Of a DNA stretch of 64,000 bases, positions 13,601 to 25,600 are shown piece after piece. Position 1 is the stretch's first letter, and each line of letters begins with the position of its first letter. The notes under the pieces were generated by a model. That model saw only the letters and a list, made by a program, of their open reading frames with translations, was not told the DNA's origin and did no database searches. A program made the position numbers and the translations under genes. The stretch is from NCBI GenBank assembly GCA_051362555.1, contig CM120647.1, positions 2,790,001 to 2,854,000 on the forward strand. The letters are read 5' to 3'. This stretch comes from Lingula anatina. Taxonomy: Eukaryota; Animalia; Brachiopoda.

Positions 13601-16600
13601 TATTTGAATGATGATATATTAGGTTCCAATTTGATATTTTAAAATAATAACAAACAATGATACAACATACTGCTGCACTATACTACACTACATAGCACTA
13701 CACTATACTGCACTACAATACACTACATAGCACTACACTATACTGCACTACAATACACTTCATAGCACTACACTATACTGCACTACAATACACTACATAG
13801 CACTACACTATACTGCACTACAATACACTACATAGCACTACACTATACTGCACTACAATACACTACATAGCACTACACTATACTGCACTACAATACACTA
13901 CATAGCACTACACTATACTGCACTACAGTACACTACATAGCACTACACTATACTGCACTACAATACACTACATAGCACTACACTATACTGCACTACAATT
14001 CACTACACCACTCTTAAGTCAATGCACCATCATTCATTTCAATTATTCTTTGCACAATAGTGAATGCAAGTTATACAGATGTATGAAGTATGACCCCATT
14101 TGTTTGTAGGTCACTGCCATGACCAGAATTCAGGTCAGCCTCCCAGGGGCCTGCAGTTTGTACTAGGGACCAGGAGTCAGCAGGCAGTGGTGGACACCAT
14201 CGTCATGGCCAACCTGGTATGTAACTGGGCAGAGTGTGCAGATGGGGGATGTCTTTTATTTTAAGAAGGAAGTACAGGGAAACTTTTTTCTTTTGTGATT
14301 TGAAAAAAATAGAAAATGTAGTATAGACTTCTTGCAACAATCATATGCGAGCAAAAGAGATAACAAATGTTTCCTCACATGACAGAAAATATCTACATTC
14401 CTTCAACTGAAAGACTAATTCAGAGATTATAACACCTGAAGAGTTATATTGGTGTCATATAATCTGAGTCATGCTTAAACCTTCCATAGAAAAGTGACCT
14501 GGGAGTACGGGCTATGATGCATATAGGTACAGCAAAGTGCTTCTCTGTGGATATTTTTTATCTTATCTGTAATTATTAAATGAAAATTCACATTTTACTT
14601 TCATGGTATGATGGCAGTCTCATAAATTTGTTGCTTTGTGTGTATTTGATATAAGGGACATCCTAGAATATTGCTGATACTAAAGCCTTCCTTGTTGGAT
14701 GTCTTCAAATTTATCACACAGTTACATGCCTGTAATCGGCATTTATTGTTTTTTAAAAACTTCTGCATTTACTTCAGTGGATCATTTATTAGTGGATCAT
14801 TTTTTTTCTTCATTTTTGTGGGGGTTCTTTTTATGTGCATACATTGCATTGTACACATTCTTCTAGGCTGTCACTGTTGTGAGTTTTTCTCATTTGGATA
14901 GTTCTGGCAGTAGACAAAATGCTTGAAATATTAACTTGCCTTAAATCACTGTTTTAGGGTTATTTCCAACTGAAAGCTAAGCCAGGGGCTTGGATGTTAC
15001 AACTTCGACATGGACGTTCAGAGGAAATCTACAAGATAGCAAGGTTAGTTACCACTTTGTGCTGCCATAGTAGAGTTGTTCTTAATCACCTTTATTTGAT
15101 AAAGTTAATGTGGTGCAAATTATTGTCTCGGGTTGTAGATGTCCTAAATTCGATTACAAAATATCGATTACATTATGGATTAATTTCAAGTTACGTATAA
15201 ATCTGTGTTCTGGAGGCATTTTCAGTACCTTGGACTAACAAGTCAGCCAGTTGATGTTATTACTTAGTATTTTGCTTTGTTGAGTCTAAATGTTTTAACC
15301 TTGCTAGGAAAAGTTAATGAAGGCTATAAAAGTTCTTTATCTACTGTTTATCTTCTATGTTTTCCTCCTCTAGCCATGAGAGGACAGACTCTCCACCAGA
15401 TTCACCTAACATTACTGTTGTCATGAACAGCTTCCTCAGTAAAATCATCAAAGTCAAGGTGGGTAGTGCTGAGGGCGGTGACTTTAATGGGTTTGTGGAA
15501 AATTTATGTTGATAGAATGATTCTGCTGTTCTAGGTACTACTTAAAAACAGAAAATACTGTTACGCTACTACCAAACTAGCTCTTGATCCACAGATAAAG
15601 ATCACACTAAAACACTATTCCTACCAGCTTCTTCAGTTTTTATAAAAATATTTTCTCAAGGACCATTTATATTCACAGAAATTCTTTGAATGTATAAGGC
15701 TCAGTTAGCTTGCTTTATTGACCTGTTTCAGAGGTGTGTAAAACCCTTGCTTCAAAAAATATAAAATATATCATCTATGAGGTATTGTCATATATGTACA
15801 TGCAGGTCATTCAAAGTGGATATGTGTACTAGGAGGGCAACTGGAGTCTATTCTAGCTCTACTTGATAACTCATTTATAACATTATAAATATAATTTTAT
15901 TTGGTTGAGTCAAGTGAATAAGAATGGAATTATTTTCTCCTAGGGGGCATCACTGTATATATTGTGTTAGTTGTGCTATTGGTAAGAATTGTGGGTAAGT
16001 TACAATCGTTGTTAATTCGACCAGTTAGCACAGACCAGTTGACAAGTACATTTTCGAGCGTGCCTTTTTCAATGGAGACGGAGGGCTTTTCCTTAAAACA
16101 AATACTTGATTCTGTGCAGTTGCAGGCGGAATCTTTAAAAGACTTAGGCATCGTTCACGTGAAAAATCCAAATTCCAAAAATCCATTGGCGGTATCTAGT
16201 GATCACGGTCTGTGCTCTGAATATACCCTGCGGCGTAATTAACTAACAGCCCAAGCAAGTCGTTTCCAAAGCTGTGATTAATTTTCGGCTGCGCTCGGAG
16301 GAGATTCTGACACCTGGATACATTTGCAGTTCAACCCTGAGTTAGAAGAGCAATTGACACGGGTAATTTGGGCAGTAGGCAATGACAAGGCTCATTATGC
16401 TAAAGAAGTTGCCTTTACCATTTTTGATAAGCTAAAGAAGAGAAATAAGCTTATTAGGTTAGCTGATTCCAATGAAGGAGGGTGGAGCACTGTCCGCTTT
16501 TATGAAGTTTATCCTTTGGCCAGTGACTCTGAGGATGAAAAGAAAATCAACAGAGTGGAAAGCAAAGCATTGAAGAGCAAACCTATTTTAAAGGGAAGTC

Positions 16601-19600
16601 ATGGTTCCAGCAAATCTAACGTTAGTAGTACTGATCCTGTCTGTGCCCAGCCTCTTTTTTGTGAACATCAATGGGTGTTTCCCAGTGCAGCCTCAGGGGC
16701 AGTCAGTCCTGTCTCTTTCATGGCATCCGTCACCTCTGCTGCTGTCAGCTCCTACATAAGGAAGGAAGAAGCGGGTCATGTTTCGCATGTGGGTCCTTCG
16801 GCCATTGGAGGAGAGATTGTCCCTTCACTAGAGCATCAGGAAGTGCACCAGGATTCCCCAAAACCAATCGTCAATGATTGTGTCAAAGATGAGTATTGTT
16901 GTGATGTGAAATAGACAAATCAGTTTTTACTTATGATTATTTTGAGTAAGAGCAAGTATCTGTGTTAATGGCAGGCTAAGAAGTAAATTAGCATTTTGGA
17001 AAAGTATTGGCACTTAAGAGTTTATTCTTAGTTTTAGAAAATGGATACAAGCTTAATTTTTTCTCTATACCCACACCAGTTCATTTGCATAACAACAGAT
17101 CTGTTATTTTACATATAGTGTATTTGATGAGCAAGCAATACAAGATTTGTTGGTCAGAGGCCTTATTAGTGAATGCACAGATATACCTGTTGTAGTTCAC
17201 CCGCTTACAGTGGCCATTAGCAGTAGTGGTAAAAAGCATTTAATTTAGCTTTGCGGCATGTTGATAAACATTTTTGGAAATCTTCAGTAAAATTTGAAGA
17301 TATTTGTACAGCTATGTTTTATTTAAAACAGGGAAATTTTTGTTTCAAATTTAATTTACATTCTGCATATCATCACATTGATATTTTTGAGTCTCACACT
17401 TATTTTTTAGGTCTTTCTTGGAAAATTTGGAAATATTACCAAATTTTTTAGATTTTTAAAGTTTTGCCATTTGGTCTTGGTACGGCATTCTACATTTTTA
17501 CTACAGTGACCAGGCCGCTGGTTAAAAAGTGGCAAGGAGTGGATAAAAAAAGTGGTCATGTATATAGATGATGATTTTGGTTGTCATTGGCAGTACAGTG
17601 AATGTAAGAATCTTGCTTTAGAAATTAAGCAAGATCTTATCAATAGAGTGTTTGTTCCTAAAGTTGAAAAATCAATGTGGTCTCCTAGTACTGAGATTTT
17701 ATTTTTAGGGTATAATTTGAATATAGAGAAAGACACTTTATGTATTCCTGATAACAGACTTCTTATAATTTGTCAGACTATAACAGATATCCATTCTCTG
17801 TTAAGAAGAAAAGGCAGCTTTCATGTGTGTTTAGTTGCTAGTGTAGTAGGTCAGATCATTTCTACATCTTTTGTTTTTATTATGACAAAATGTCTGAGGT
17901 TTGATATTTCTAAAGCTAAATGTTGGAATGAACAAATTGTTTTGAGCATAGACACTATGAAGCAAATGAAATTTTGGGAGTTTAATGTATGCAAGATTTC
18001 TGTAAGGAATTTTATAATTGATCAAGCTGTGCATTCTATTATTTACAGTGACTTTAGTGGAACTGGTTATGGCAGTTATATGGTGGAAAGCCCTTTGGAG
18101 ATTTGGCATGGAATGTTGTTAGTATTACTGAAAGAGGTAGCAGGAATTGTAATTTGCAAGACATTGCGCTTAGTATTTTTGAATTGTGTTTGTTAAATGG
18201 CATAACTCTACGTGCTGAATGGATTCCATGTAGTGAAAATTTATATGTAGATCAAATCAGCAGATTAAGAGACTATGATGAGACTATGATGGGAAGTGGC
18301 AGATAGTATTTTCGATTATTTAGAGTCAGACTGGGGGCCACATGAAATTGACTTTTTTGCCTCTGATCATAACAATAAATTGCCAGTTTTTATACTAGAT
18401 ATTGGACTCCAGGTGCAGTGGGCACTGATGCATTTACTGTTCATTGGGGGGTGGGGGTTGGGGGGGTGAATGGTTGGTTTGTGCTCTGAAGAGCTGTTTG
18501 GGATGTGATATCCCGGTGATTCTCTAGGTAAGGGAAAGATGTGTTTGGAAAAGCTGTTGGGATGTGGTATCCCGGCGATTTCTTTTTATATGTAAAAGGG
18601 AGAGATGATACATAGGTTTGGTGAGGAGAGGGTCTCCTCGTGTTTTTAATTAATTTATTAAATTATTTATTTATATTGTGGTTTGTTTGTAAATGATTGA
18701 AGGTGGTTTGAAATAAAACTCATGCGCGAACTGCGTCCATATGCACTTTAAATGTTGTATGTGTTGTTTTATTCTTAATGTTATTCTGTGTCGGTTATTG
18801 TCTAGGAGAAAATTTGATATAAAGACCCTTTATTGTTAGTGGGCCATCTGAATAAAATTATTTCAACCCAGGCATGTTGAGAAACATAAGTATTATATAT
18901 AAGCACTTGGTACAACAATGGGCCATGAAGATGTGAACGCAAGGGCTTTCATAGGGCTAGCTTTTTTTTAACTCTAGTTTACCTACATTCATCTACTTAG
19001 TTGTTTTAATTTTTGTCTGACTGTGTGTGTATGTAGTACACAGTATGAGTGCGTTTGCTCTCTCTCTTTCCACACTAGATAGATAGATAGATAGATAGAG
19101 TTGCCATCTCTTACTTTCCTTACAGCTGAGCATATACAGTGCCTGAAAATTTAAAATCTTATTCGAAATGATTGTTCTTTCATTGTGATCTGCTTATTCA
19201 AAATGATTGTTCTTTCATTGTGATCTTTTCTTAGGTAAGCAAGAAACCAGGACGGGAGTCAGATGATTTGTTGGGAGGAGAAGAAGACAAGAGAGGGGGG
19301 TTATGGGATTCTTTATCCAGGTAAAACATATTTCCGTATTGTGGAAATAACACTTTTTTTCAAGTGCAGAAAATGTAGAGATGTTGTATTCCAGTGTAAA
19401 GATGAAGTGTGTTTGTTGTATTCCAGTGTAAAGATGAAGTGTGTTTGTTGTATTCCAGTGTAAAGATGGAGAACGTATGTTGTATTCCAGTGTAAAGATG
19501 GAGTATGTATGTTGTATTCCAGCGTAAAGATGAAGTATGTATGTTGTATTCCAGTATAAAGATGAAGAATGTATGTTGTATTCCAGTGTAAAGATGAAGA

Positions 19601-22600
19601 ATGTATGTTGTATTCCAGTGTAAAGATGAAGAATGTATGTTGTATTCCAGTGTAAAGATGAAGAACGTGTGTTGTATTCCAGTGAAAAGATAAGAACGTA
19701 TGTTGTATTCCAGTGAAAAGATAAGAACGTATGTTGTATTCCAGTGTAAAGATGAAGTGTGTATGTTGTATTCCAGTGTAAAGATGGAGAACGTATGTTG
19801 AATTCCAGTGTAAAGATGAAGAATGTATGTTGTATTCCAGTGTAAAGATGAAGAATGTATGTTGTATTCCAGTATTAAGATGAAGAATGTATGTTGTATT
19901 CCAGTGTAAAGATGAAGAATGTATGTTGTATTCCAGTATAAAGATGAAGAATGTATCTTGTATTCCAGTGTAAAGATGAAGAATGTATGTTGTATTCCAG
20001 TATAAAGATGAAGAATGTATCTTGTATTCCAGTGTAAAGATGAAGAATGTATGTTGTATTCCAGTGTAAAGATGAAGAATGTATGTTGTATTCCAGAATA
20101 AAGATGAAGAATGTATGTTGTATTCCAGTGTAAAGATGAAGAATGTATGTTGTATTCCAGTGTAAAGATGAAGAACGTGTGTTGTATTCCAGTGAAAAGA
20201 TAAGAACGTATGTTGTATTCCAGTGTAAAGATGAAGAGTGTATGTTGTATTCCAGTGTAAAGATGGAGAACGTATGTTGTATTCCAGTGTAAAGATGAAG
20301 AATGTATGTTGTATTCCAGTGTAAAGATGAAGAATGTATGTTGTATTCCAGTATTAAGATGAAGAATGTATGTTGTATTCCAGTGTAAAGATGAAGAATG
20401 TATGTTGTATTCCAGTATAAAGATGAAGAATGTATGTTGTATTCCAGCGTAAAGATGAAGAATGTATGTTGTATTCCAGTATAAAGATGAAGAATGTATG
20501 TTGTATTCCAGTGTAAAGATGAAGAATGTATGTTGTATTCCAGTGTAAAGATGAAGAATGTATGTTGTATTCCAGTATAAAGATGAAGAATGTATGTTGT
20601 ATTCCAGTGTAAAGATGAAGAATGTATGTTGTATTCCAGTGTAAAGATGAAGAACGTATGTTGTATTACAGTGTAAAGATGAAGAACGTATGTTGTATTC
20701 CAGTGTAAAGATGACGAATGTATGTTGTTGTTGTATTCCAGTGTAAAGATGAAGAATGTATGTTGTATTCTAGTGTAAAGATGAAGAATGTTTGTAGTAT
20801 TCCAGTGTAAAGATGAAGAACGTATGTTGTATTACAGTGTAAAGATGAAGAACGTATGTTGTATTCCAGTGTAAAGATGAAGAATGTATGTTGTATTCCA
20901 GTGTAAAGATGAAGAATGTATGTTGTATTCCAGTGTAAAGATGAAGAATGTATGTTGTATTCCAGTGTAAAGATGAAGAATGTATGTTGTATTCCAGTAT
21001 AAAGATGAAGAATGTATGTTGTATTCCAGTATAAAGATGAAGAACATTTGTTGTATTCCAGTGTAAAGATGAAGTATGTATGTTGTATTCCAGCGTAAAG
21101 ATGAAGTGTGTATGTTGTATTCCAGTGTAAAGATTAAGTGTGTATGTTGTATTCCAGTGTAAAGATGAAGTATGTATGTTGTATTCCAGTGTAAAGATGA
21201 AGAATGTATGTTGTATTCCAGTATAAAGATGAAGTGTGTATGTTGTATTCCAGTGTAAAGAATAAGTATATTTGTTGAATTCCAGTGTAAAGATGAAGTA
21301 TTCCAGTGTAAAGGTTAAGTATGTATGTTGTATTTCAGTGTATTTTACTGACTGATAAATGAAAATAAGGATTAAAATTGTTTTATTAACTTTTAATTAT
21401 CTCTTTGATATCATTGTGACATCAGTTCATTGATGGAATTTGCCAGAGAAGCAAACAAAAACACATTGCCTATTCTATGTCATGTGACAACCATTAAAAG
21501 AGATATTTTGGATCTCTATATTTTCTAAATTATTGTCTGTAAAAGAATTACACACTCCACAAAGGACCCTTGTGTCAGCGTCTAGTCACAGTAATGGTCG
21601 TCGTTACACCTGACCTCCTCTGGCTGCTACCAGCACTCTCAAGTGGCAAGGCATTCCTTGGGATAGGTTTTTAGAGTTCAATCTGGAATAACATTCCAGG
21701 CAACGGTCAAAATCTGTCCAATTTGGTCTAGTTTTGTTGTAGGACATGTACTCCAATGATGTCATGCCTCAACCAAATCACCTTTAGAGCCAGCATAGGG
21801 GTATGGGATGTCCAATGTTAGGGCTAGGCTTAGGGGTCCTACTTGGATTGTTCAGCCTATTTACAGAGATTTAAAATGTTCACAGTTAATTAATGTAGTG
21901 TCCAAGTGATTGTAAAGGAATAACTGCTGGTTACCAGGCTGATATATTGTTGTTGTTTCATCCCCAGCTGGATGGGTGATGAGGAGGAGGAGGAAGATGT
22001 AGACAGCAGGTAGGGGAGGCCGAAATCATCTCTTAATACTGACAGAGGCCGTTGGACAAAAATGTGTCTTGATAGATGTTTATATGCAACTCTTTTAAGT
22101 TTGTTTTATCTAGATTTTATGTTAAGAGAGTAATAGAATAAGGTTCTTCATTTGTTAGTCTGTCCCTTCATCTGACTGCAGTTTTCAGTTTGTTTCAAGT
22201 TTTCCATACACCGGATGTGTATATGTATTAAGTTGATATTGCATGTTTGAAGTTTTTTAAGCAGAATATCTGTATGTTCCTCTCTGTTTTGATCAAGGTG
22301 ATATCACATTGTGTTTTTTCACCAGCTTTATGTTCTGGATAATGTAATGTTGATGGAATGTCAGAATTTGCAGGCAGGGGCTTTTAATGGTTTTTTATAA
22401 TCAGGTGATGGATCAGTGACAGTGTAGTTGTGTGTTTTTTGTGTCATTAATATAGATATTTGATTAAATATGATTAAATATTTTTTTTAATCTGTTCTTA
22501 TATATAAATCAACATGGTATTCAATTATATTGAAAACATCTTTGCTTTTTAATAAAATGTACATTGTGTTACTGTGTTTACACATAACAATGTATGACCA

Positions 22601-25600
22601 TTTTGTCTGCTTCTTATGCAATATTTAATTTCAATAAGAATAATTAATTCCATTATTGATAACATATTTTCATATTTTGTCTTTTCAAAATGCTTTAAGC
22701 TGTTTTTGTTAATTGTCCTTCATTTGGGTGATTGTGAGAGCAGTTGCAGTTACAGTTTTATTGTTTGCAAAGTATGTTTGTGTTTTATTTTGGATGGGAC
22801 ATTTATCTTGAAATTTCCTGTTGTCTTACTGTTTTTTACAGAAGGGCCTCCTATGGCACGACTTTCTGAACACAGGAAAAATATCTGTCATATTCTTTTG
22901 ACATACTTTGCACTTCCACAGAATTGCCTCTCATATTTTCTCTTTGTTTTCCAGTTCCCTCTCAGGCCCGAGTGAAGAGGGGAATCGAGAGACGAAAGTG
23001 AATATATTTTCAGTGGCATCAGGACACCTTTATGAGAGATTCCTCAGGTAGAAATGCTGTCACCCTAACACAACATAAACTGTCACACAGGACATAGTCT
23101 CCATTACTGACAACATACTATAATATTGTTCTGTATTTGGCAAGACATGTAATTTATAACATTAGTGATTGATACCTGATTTTTATAAATTTAGAATATT
23201 TGATAAAGTTTATGTGGCAAATATGTTTGAATTCATTTTTTATTTTTATTTATTTATTTATTTTTTTTTTTTGTACCTTTTTTTTAGAATTATGATGCTG
23301 AGTGTAGTGAAAAATACCAAATCAAAAATTAAGTTTTGGTTCCTCAAGAACTATTTGTCCCCAACATTTAAGGTAAGAAGAAGTGTAGAATGTGATGGGT
23401 AGAGTGGTTGAACTTTGATTATTAAAAATGTAATTGATTGATAGTTGATATTGTATGTGAAGTAACGTGTTGGTGTAGGAAGTGCTTAACAAAAGATGTA
23501 ATTTCACTTTGTTTCCTGTTATCAATATAGCTAATGGTCAGTGAAAATTAGTTCTCAGATGCATGTTTAATTAAAGTATTCAGCATAATTGTCTGATTAT
23601 TATTTATTTATTTATTTTTTTTGTTCAATTTTCTAGGAATTTATCCCATATTATGCTAGAGAATATGGTTTTGAATATGAACTAGTTCAGTACAAATGGC
23701 CTAGGTGGCTGCACCAGCAGACAGAGAAACAAAGGATCATATGGGGGTAAGTCCATATCAACAGTGAATCAGATGGGGGTAAGTCCATATTAACAGATGA
23801 TCAGATGGGGGTAAGTCCATATTAACAGATGATCAGATGGGGGTAAGTCCATATTAACAGAGAATCAGATGGGGGTAAGTCCATATTAATAGAGAATTAG
23901 ATGGGGTTAAGTCCATATTAACATTGGATCAGATGGGATAAGTTCTTGTTGATACAGTATCAGATAGGGCTAAGACTCCATTCCCATAGATTTTAGATCG
24001 ATCTATCCCTGTGGGGAGTCTCACTAGATTACTATCAGCTTAGCCGGCTTAAGTGTCTGTCCTGCCTACTAAAAGCTGTAAGGGGGTAATTAACTATGGT
24101 GCACACTTGGCTGACTGCAATTTAGCGTGAACCCCCAGGGAGGTAGGTCAATCTAAATCTAAATCTCTGGATCGATCTAAATCTCTGGGAATGCACCCTA
24201 AGTCCTTGTTGACAGAGGATCATAAAAAAATAGTTAATCACTTTCTGTGGATAGATGCCGTGTTTGGACATAAAGCAGTCATCTGCCACTGTCACAGTTA
24301 TCATTATCAGAACACATCTCTGTGAACTTTCACAATTACGCTATCAAAGAAAAACTGACGCTGGAGAGGCGGGGATTATGAGGCAAAATTCATCCCCAAA
24401 GAGATGGCGTTAATATAAGCAAAAAAAAGCATCCCCAGTGACATAAGTTGAATGCAGCATTTCCCATTATAGATAAGTGTTAGTTTTTTAAATGATGAAA
24501 CATTTATTATAAAAGTGTTAATGTAAGAGAAACAACATATGCTCTGGTATTATCTTACTATAAGTGCTGATTATTTATTTTTTCAGGTATAAAATTCTTT
24601 TCCTAGATGTGTTATTCCCACTTGACGTGGAAAAAATTATATTTGTTGATGCTGATCAGGTAAGAAGATCATTTTGTTCTCATTTTATGATTCCAGTTGC
24701 CACAAATTGCTTTACAAAAACTTGATATTTTTTATTGAGATCCTGTCTTAATATTTGTACAAGGTACAAAATCTAACTTGAATCCCCTTTATAAAAAATA
24801 GCAATTATTTATAAAAACAAATATCTGAAACAGTAAATCTGGATTTTGGATATTTTCCCTCCAAATGCTTAATGTCAGTTTTACCAGATCTTTTTTTAAT
24901 CCAGTTCCAGCCATTTATTTCTTCATGTACCTCCATACATTAGACTTAAAGCTTTAAGAAAAATATTTGTGAAAAATAGTTTCATAATGTTTGAAGTATT
25001 ATCTCATTACATTGTTTTGTGCCACAGGGTTCTGGTAATGTGTAATTTTTTACTATTGCCCGTTTTCTGCATCAGGTGGTCCGTGCAGATATTCAGGAGT
25101 TATATGACCTTGACCTCGGTGGTGCTCCTTACGGCTACACTCCATTCTGTGATAGCAGAAAAGAGATGGATGGGTTCAGGTAAATAAACCTGGGATAGCA
25201 GGAAAAAGATGGAATATATGACATATGGTGCCTGAAATATACACAAAAACCATCAGTACTAGCTTCATCCTCTAAATACTGAGTGCTAACCAGGTATCAT
25301 TTGTAAACAGTGTATGTGTTAGTATATAATTTGATAGTTGGGTCTGTCCATGTCATCCAGTGTCTGTATGTTTGGCAGCATTGCTTTCTGGTTATTATGT
25401 TCTTTGGAATGACACAGAAAACAGATCTAAGTGTCCTTTAAAGGAATAATAACTGTTTGTTTTGGCAAAAAAATGAATTTTCCTGGAGTAAACAACAATT
25501 TTCCCATACTTACCAATGGTTAATGAATCCATTTTTACATTGAAAGTTAGTCCCTGGTTTTTTTCTAAAAAGTTTGTATTTTTTTATAATCTCTTAAGAG

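Noticed and set aside
18490-18720. Short ~29-bp imperfect direct repeat followed by AATAAA, possibly another retroelement tail
   Set aside because: No poly(A), TSD or coding remnant to support a call
19383-21340. 32-bp repeats as a CRISPR-like array
   Set aside because: Head-to-tail units with no unique spacers, no cas genes, eukaryotic intron
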